A stretch of DNA of 64,000 bases from a virus (taxonomy: Duplodnaviria > Caudoviricetes), in the IMG/VR virus record IMGVR_UViG_3300028667_000050, positions 16,957 to 80,956 of that record, one strand, 5' to 3'. Every line of letters begins with the position of its first letter. The stretch's first letter is position 1. Below are positions 59,468-64,000 of this stretch, one piece after another. The position numbers and the translations under genes are program-made. The notes below the pieces were generated by a model that had not been told where the DNA came from, did no database searches, and saw only the letters and a program-made list of their open reading frames with translations.

Positions 59468-60426
59468 ATGTATTGTCGATATTGTGGAAATGAAATCCGG
59501 GATGGCGAGAAAACATGTTCTCAATGTGGCAGAGATGTTAATTTACCACAGTCTGGGAACAGTGAAAAACAATATTATGTTTCTGGGAAAAATAGACTTG
59601 TAGCTATTGTATTGACAATGTTTGGGTTCGTTGGAATTGGTGGCTTACAACGATTTTATGTTGCACGGTATGCGACTGGGATAATTTATATTATCACATG
59701 TGGATTTTTCTTTTTAGGTACAATATGGGATTTGTATAAACTTATAAATGAAACCTTTAAAGATGGAGATGGATATCCTTTATGGGCAGATTCTTCATTA
59801 AAGAGTAATTATCATAAAAGAGCAGTAACTTGTGAATCTATTAAAAAATTGTTATATGCGGCTTTATCATAATTCCGATACTATTCGGATTTATATCTCA
59901 GGAGCTTGGACATCAGCAAACACCAAAGGAAAACAAGAAAATTGCTGAAGATCAGATATATCAAGAAGCGGTTGGATTAGCAAAAAATTCTCAATGGAAA
60001 GATTGTTACCTTAAACTATCTTCGGTTCATGGAAATGTTGATGCTAGGGCATTATGTAAATATGCAGAAGCACAAGATTTTTATAATAAAGGTGATATTT
60101 ATGCGGCAATTGATCAACTAGTATGGATTCCGAATAAATATAATGGTGAATTCAAAGATGACATCGACCAATTAAGAAAAAAATGCAATGAAGAAAAGCA
60201 AAAGAGGGCAAAAGAAGAAGAGGCTAGGCTGGCGAAAAGCGCGGCTGAACGTGCTAATGATTTGTATATAGGAGATTCAGAGGGGAAAATTACGAAAATC
60301 TATGGAAAACCTGATAAAGTAAATCGTACTGTAGTTGGTAATCATGTGTCTAAACAATATGTGTATTGGGATAAAGATTTATTTATTTATACAACTGATG
60401 GTGAAGTGACTGGTTTTCAAGATTAG
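59468..60426 (+). CDS. Zinc-ribbon + TM2 domain membrane protein (moron); missing T near 59866
   Basis: YC.YCG..C.QCG, GLQRFYV..Y.TGIIY..T.G, WDL; adding one T extends the ORF to TAG at 60426. Confidence 0.75.
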
Positions 60427-60496
60427 TTAAATTTAGTAAGAAACACGTCTATCATGAGGTAGGCGCTTTTCTTATGACCATTTTTAGGAGGTAGAC

Positions 60497-61753
60497 ATGA
60501 ATCTTTTTACAAAACTATTTCGTTCCAGAGACAAGCCGAAGAATTATCTGAGCGGGCGCTTGTCCTTTTTGTTTGGGCAGACGTCAGCAGGCCGGGCGGT
60601 CAACGAGCAGACCGCTATGCAGGTGACTGCCGTGTATGCCTGCGTCCGCATCCTGGCAGAAGCCATTGCGGGTCTGCCGCTCTGCGTGTATCGCTATGCG
60701 GAAAACGGCAGCAAGGAAAAGGTGCTGGATCATCCTCTGTATGCGCTGCTGCATGATGAGCCGAATCCGGAGATGACCTCGTTCATCTTCCGTGAGACCA
60801 TGATGAGTCACTTGCTCCTATGGGGCAATGCCTATGCGCAGATTATCCGGGATGGCCGGGGACAGGTGCTGGGACTGTACCCGCTGCTCCCCAGCAAGAT
60901 GGATGTAAGTCGGGCCGACAATGGGGAACTCGTTTACACGTACAGTCGCAGCATCGATGATTACGGCAGCAAGAAACGCACCGAGCAGATTCAGCTTCGG
61001 CGCGAGGAGGTGCTGCATATTCCAGGTCTTTCCTTTGATGGCCTTATCGGCTACAGTCCCATTGCTATGGCCAAGAATGCTATCGGCATGGCCTTGGCCA
61101 CCGAGGACTACGGCGCGACCTTCTTTGCCAATGGAGCGACACCAGGTGGTGTGCTGGAGCATCCCGGCGTGGTCAAAGATCCGGCGCATCTGCGAGAAAG
61201 CTGGCATGCGCAGTTTTCTGGGAAGAACAGCCATAATGTGGCCGTGCTGGAGGAAGGCATGACCTTCCATCAGATGTCCATCCCGCCGGAAGAAGCGCAG
61301 TTCCTGGAAACACGGAAGTTTCAGATTGATGAGATTGCCCGTATCTTCCGGGTGCCGCCGCACATGGTTGGTGATTTGGAGAAGTCCAGTTTCTCGAATA
61401 TTGAGCAGCAATCCCTGGAGTTCGTGAAATACACGCTGGATCCCTGGGTGATTCGCTGGGAGCAGGCTATGCATCAGGCACTTTTGCTGCCGGATGAAAA
61501 GCCTGCTCTTTTCTTTAAGTTCAATGTGGACGGTTTGCTGCGCGGTGATTACCAGAGCCGGATGAATGGCTATGCGGTCGGACGGCAGAATGGCTGGCTC
61601 TCCGCGAACGATATACGGGAACTGGAGAATATGAACCGCATCGCAGCGGAGGAAGGCGGTGATCTCTATCTGATCAATGGCAACATGACCAAACTCAAGG
61701 ATGCTGGTGTATTTGCCAATAAACAGCAGGGAGGAAAAACGGATGAAGCGTAA
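60497..61753 (+). CDS. Portal protein, HK97 family (second copy)
   Basis: TAVYACVRILAE, HIPGLSFDGLIGYSP, DGLLRGDYQSRM. Confidence 0.95.
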   Translation: MNLFTKLFRSRDKPKNYLSGRLSFLFGQTSAGRAVNEQTAMQVTAVYACVRILAEAIAGLPLCVYRYAENGSKEKVLDHPLYALLHDEPNPEMTSFIFRETMMSHLLLWGNAYAQIIRDGRGQVLGLYPLLPSKMDVSRADNGELVYTYSRSIDDYGSKKRTEQIQLRREEVLHIPGLSFDGLIGYSPIAMAKNAIGMALATEDYGATFFANGATPGGVLEHPGVVKDPAHLRESWHAQFSGKNSHNVAVLEEGMTFHQMSIPPEEAQFLETRKFQIDEIARIFRVPPHMVGDLEKSSFSNIEQQSLEFVKYTLDPWVIRWEQAMHQALLLPDEKPALFFKFNVDGLLRGDYQSRMNGYAVGRQNGWLSANDIRELENMNRIAAEEGGDLYLINGNMTKLKDAGVFANKQQGGKTDEA

Positions 61754-62444
61754 ATTTTGGAATTGGGTGCGCGATGCCGACAGCGGGGAGCGCACCTTGG
61801 TATTGAATGGGGAAATCTCGGATGAGACCTGGTATGGCGATGAAGTCACACCAGGTCTTTTTCGTGAGGAACTGTCGGCCTGTGAGGGAGATATCACGGT
61901 CTGGATCAACTCGCCCGGCGGAGATGTGTTTGCGGCGGCGCAAATTTACAACATGCTGATGGACTATAAGGGAAATGTCAGGGTCCGGATTGACGGACTG
62001 GCCGCATCGGCAGCGTCCGTTATCGCCATGGCAGGCAGCACCGTTGAGATGTCTCCGGTGGCCATGATGATGATCCACAACCCGGCGACCATTTCCATTG
62101 GGGATGAGCGGGAGATGCAGAAGGCCATAGAGATGCTGAGCGAGGTCAAGGAAAGCATCATCAATGCCTATGAAATCAAGACGGGGCTGGGACGCGGCAA
62201 GATCGCAAATCTCATGGATGCAGAGTCCTGGATGAATGCCAAGAAAGCCGTGGAACTGGGCTTTGCCGACAGCATTCTCTTTGATGGAAACACTGCCGAT
62301 GGACAGGCGGATGAAATCGAAGCCATGATGTTTTCCCGGGCAGCAGTCACCAACTCGCTGCTCGACAAGTTCAAAAAGCCAGAACTGGATAATCGAGTCG
62401 ATGCAAAAGCATTGAAACAGAGACTGGATTTACTTCCACATTAA
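61743..62444 (+). CDS. ClpP-like prohead protease (second copy)
   Basis: INSPGGDV, AASAAS, MMIHNP. Confidence 0.93.
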   Translation: MKRKFWNWVRDADSGERTLVLNGEISDETWYGDEVTPGLFREELSACEGDITVWINSPGGDVFAAAQIYNMLMDYKGNVRVRIDGLAASAASVIAMAGSTVEMSPVAMMMIHNPATISIGDEREMQKAIEMLSEVKESIINAYEIKTGLGRGKIANLMDAESWMNAKKAVELGFADSILFDGNTADGQADEIEAMMFSRAAVTNSLLDKFKKPELDNRVDAKALKQRLDLLPH

Positions 62445-62586
62445 AAAACAGAAGGACCATCAAGTGCACATGGTGAGGGATATAACTCATCCATGCCTAC
62501 TGCTCATACGCCTACATTCGCCCGTCGTATGAGAGAAGACGGTTCTTCTGTTCTTTTAATATAGCACGAACTGAGAAGAATAACAA
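62443..62586 (-). ncRNA. Candidate 3-way-junction small RNA antisense to the head operon
   Basis: TTGTTA-N17-TATATT with TG extension (62586-62558); closing stem 62447-58/62541-52 then U6. Confidence 0.55.
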
Positions 62587-62605
62587 TTTTTGGAGGGATA
62601 GGTAT

Positions 62606-63694
62606 ATGAATAAGATTTTAGCGATGCGTGAAAAAAGAGGGCAGCTTTGGGAACAGACGAAAGCATTCCTGGAGGCCCATACGGACCCAGATGGGAAGCT
62701 TTCGGCAGAAGATGCGGCTGCCTATGACAGAATGGAGCAGGAGGTTGTCGACCTTGGGAAAGACATTGAACGCCTGGAACGGCAGGCAAACATTGACGCG
62801 GAACTCGCGCAGCCGAAGGCGCAGCCCCTTACGAATCAGCCCGGCAAGGCTGGCCTGGAAACTAAGACGGGCCGTGCGTCGGATGAATACCGCAAAGCTA
62901 TGCTGCAGGCTCTCCGCACGAATTTCCGTCAGGTCAGCAATGTCCTGCAGGAAGGGGTAGACACCAATGGCGGCTATCTGGTGCCGGAGGAATATGACCG
63001 CAGGCTCATCGATGTGCTGAATGAGGAGAACATCATGCGCGGCCTGGCTACGACCATCACGACCAGCGGGGAGCACAAGATCAACCTCGCGGCCACCAAG
63101 CCCGCCGCATCCTGGATTGAGGAAGGCGGGGCGCTTACCTTCGGTGACGCGACCTTCGACCAGATCCTCATGGATGCGTATAAGCTGCATGTGGCCATCA
63201 AGATCACGGAGGAGCTTCTCTACGATAACGCCTTTGGCCTGGAAAGCTATATCATCGACCAGTTCGGCAAGGCCATCGGCAACGCCGAGGAGGACGCCTT
63301 CCTCAATGGCGATGGCAAGCATAAGCCGACCGGACTCTTCACGAGCGCGAAGGTAGGCGTGACCACTTCGACCGCGAACATTTCCGCTGACGATATGATC
63401 AACCTGGTCTATTCGCTCAAGCGCCCGTACCGCAAGAACGCCTCGTTCATCACGAATGACCAGACGCTTTCGGCACTTCGCAAGCTGAAGGACAATAACA
63501 ATGCCTATATCTGGCAGCCGTCCTACCAGGCGGGGGAACCGGACCGTCTGCTGGGCTACACGCTCCATACCTCGGCCTATGTGCCGACCATTGCCGCGGG
63601 CAAGCCGGTCATCGCTTTTGGTGACTACAGTTACTACAACATTGGGGACCGTGGTACCCGGTCGCTGCAGGAGCTCAAGGAACTCTTCGCGGGC
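62606..63694 (+). pseudogene. Major capsid protein (second copy), truncated about 30 aa before its normal end
   Basis: Colinear with 5786-6967 up to ELFAG, then replaced. Confidence 0.85.
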
Positions 63695-64000
63695 GGTGTT
63701 GTTATCGGTGCTTTATTGTTTGGACTTGGCTGGGGATTACTTGGCTATTGCCCAGGGACTTCACTTGGAGCGGTAGGTGAGGGGCATTTTGATGCATTAT
63801 GGGGGATTATAGGAATGTTATTTGGTGCGGGTATTTATGCTGAAGTCTTTCCTTATCTAAAAACGACTGTTTTAACATGGGGAGATTACGGGAAAATTAC
63901 TGTGCCGCAAGTTCTTGGTATAAACCATTGGGGGGTAATTGTTCCGGTTGTGATAATTATATTATTTTTTTTCCGATGGTTGGAGAGAAAAGGACTATAA
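63695..64000 (+). pseudogene. C-terminal part of a YeeE/YedE-family (sulfur transport) membrane protein fused in frame
   Basis: GALLFGLGWGLLGYCPGT motif; abrupt drop in GC. Confidence 0.8.

Larger units (their letters stand above)
35641..63694. mobile_element. Prophage-like element 2 (recombinases, replication, packaging, head); right arm absent
   Basis: Serine recombinase trio, PolA/primase/SNF2 module, terS/terL/portal/protease/capsid; left boundary uncertain. Confidence 0.85.

Overview
The window holds two related temperate-phage-like elements from a Firmicute. The host is probably a Negativicute, inferred from the lysis genes and a spanin-like overlapping gene pair. Element 1 (1-22.7 kb, + strand) is a late region: terminase, HK97-type head, long tail with an RcGTA-like distal module, holin, endolysin and a dual-coded spanin-like pair. 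It carries AT-rich morons and at least three stand-alone structured RNA candidates. The middle segment (22.7-39.6 kb) contains an ECF-like sigma gene (-) and a defence island (+): two unknown genes sharing a RHIM-like peptide, an RloC/SMC-like ABC ATPase, an Xre HTH and type III-like Mod/Res. It continues with rlmD/rumA-type att scars, a GGDEF cargo gene and three serine recombinase genes (-). This segment looks inverted relative to the usual gene order of this element family. Element 2 (39.6-63.7 kb, +) has a PolA/primase/SNF2 replication module, a packaging region with many insertions and a second head module. Its capsid gene is fused in frame to a host YeeE/YedE-type fragment at the window end. 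Many genes are split by 1-nt indels in homopolymers, most likely long-read errors. The best candidates for an undescribed system are (1) the ORF pair at 23.7-25.5 kb sharing an 18-aa RHIM/amyloid-like motif, coupled to an ABC ATPase, and (2) a PBECR-type nuclease gene followed by a separately promoted cloverleaf RNA at 13.3-13.9 kb. All family names come from recognising motifs by eye; no searches were run.
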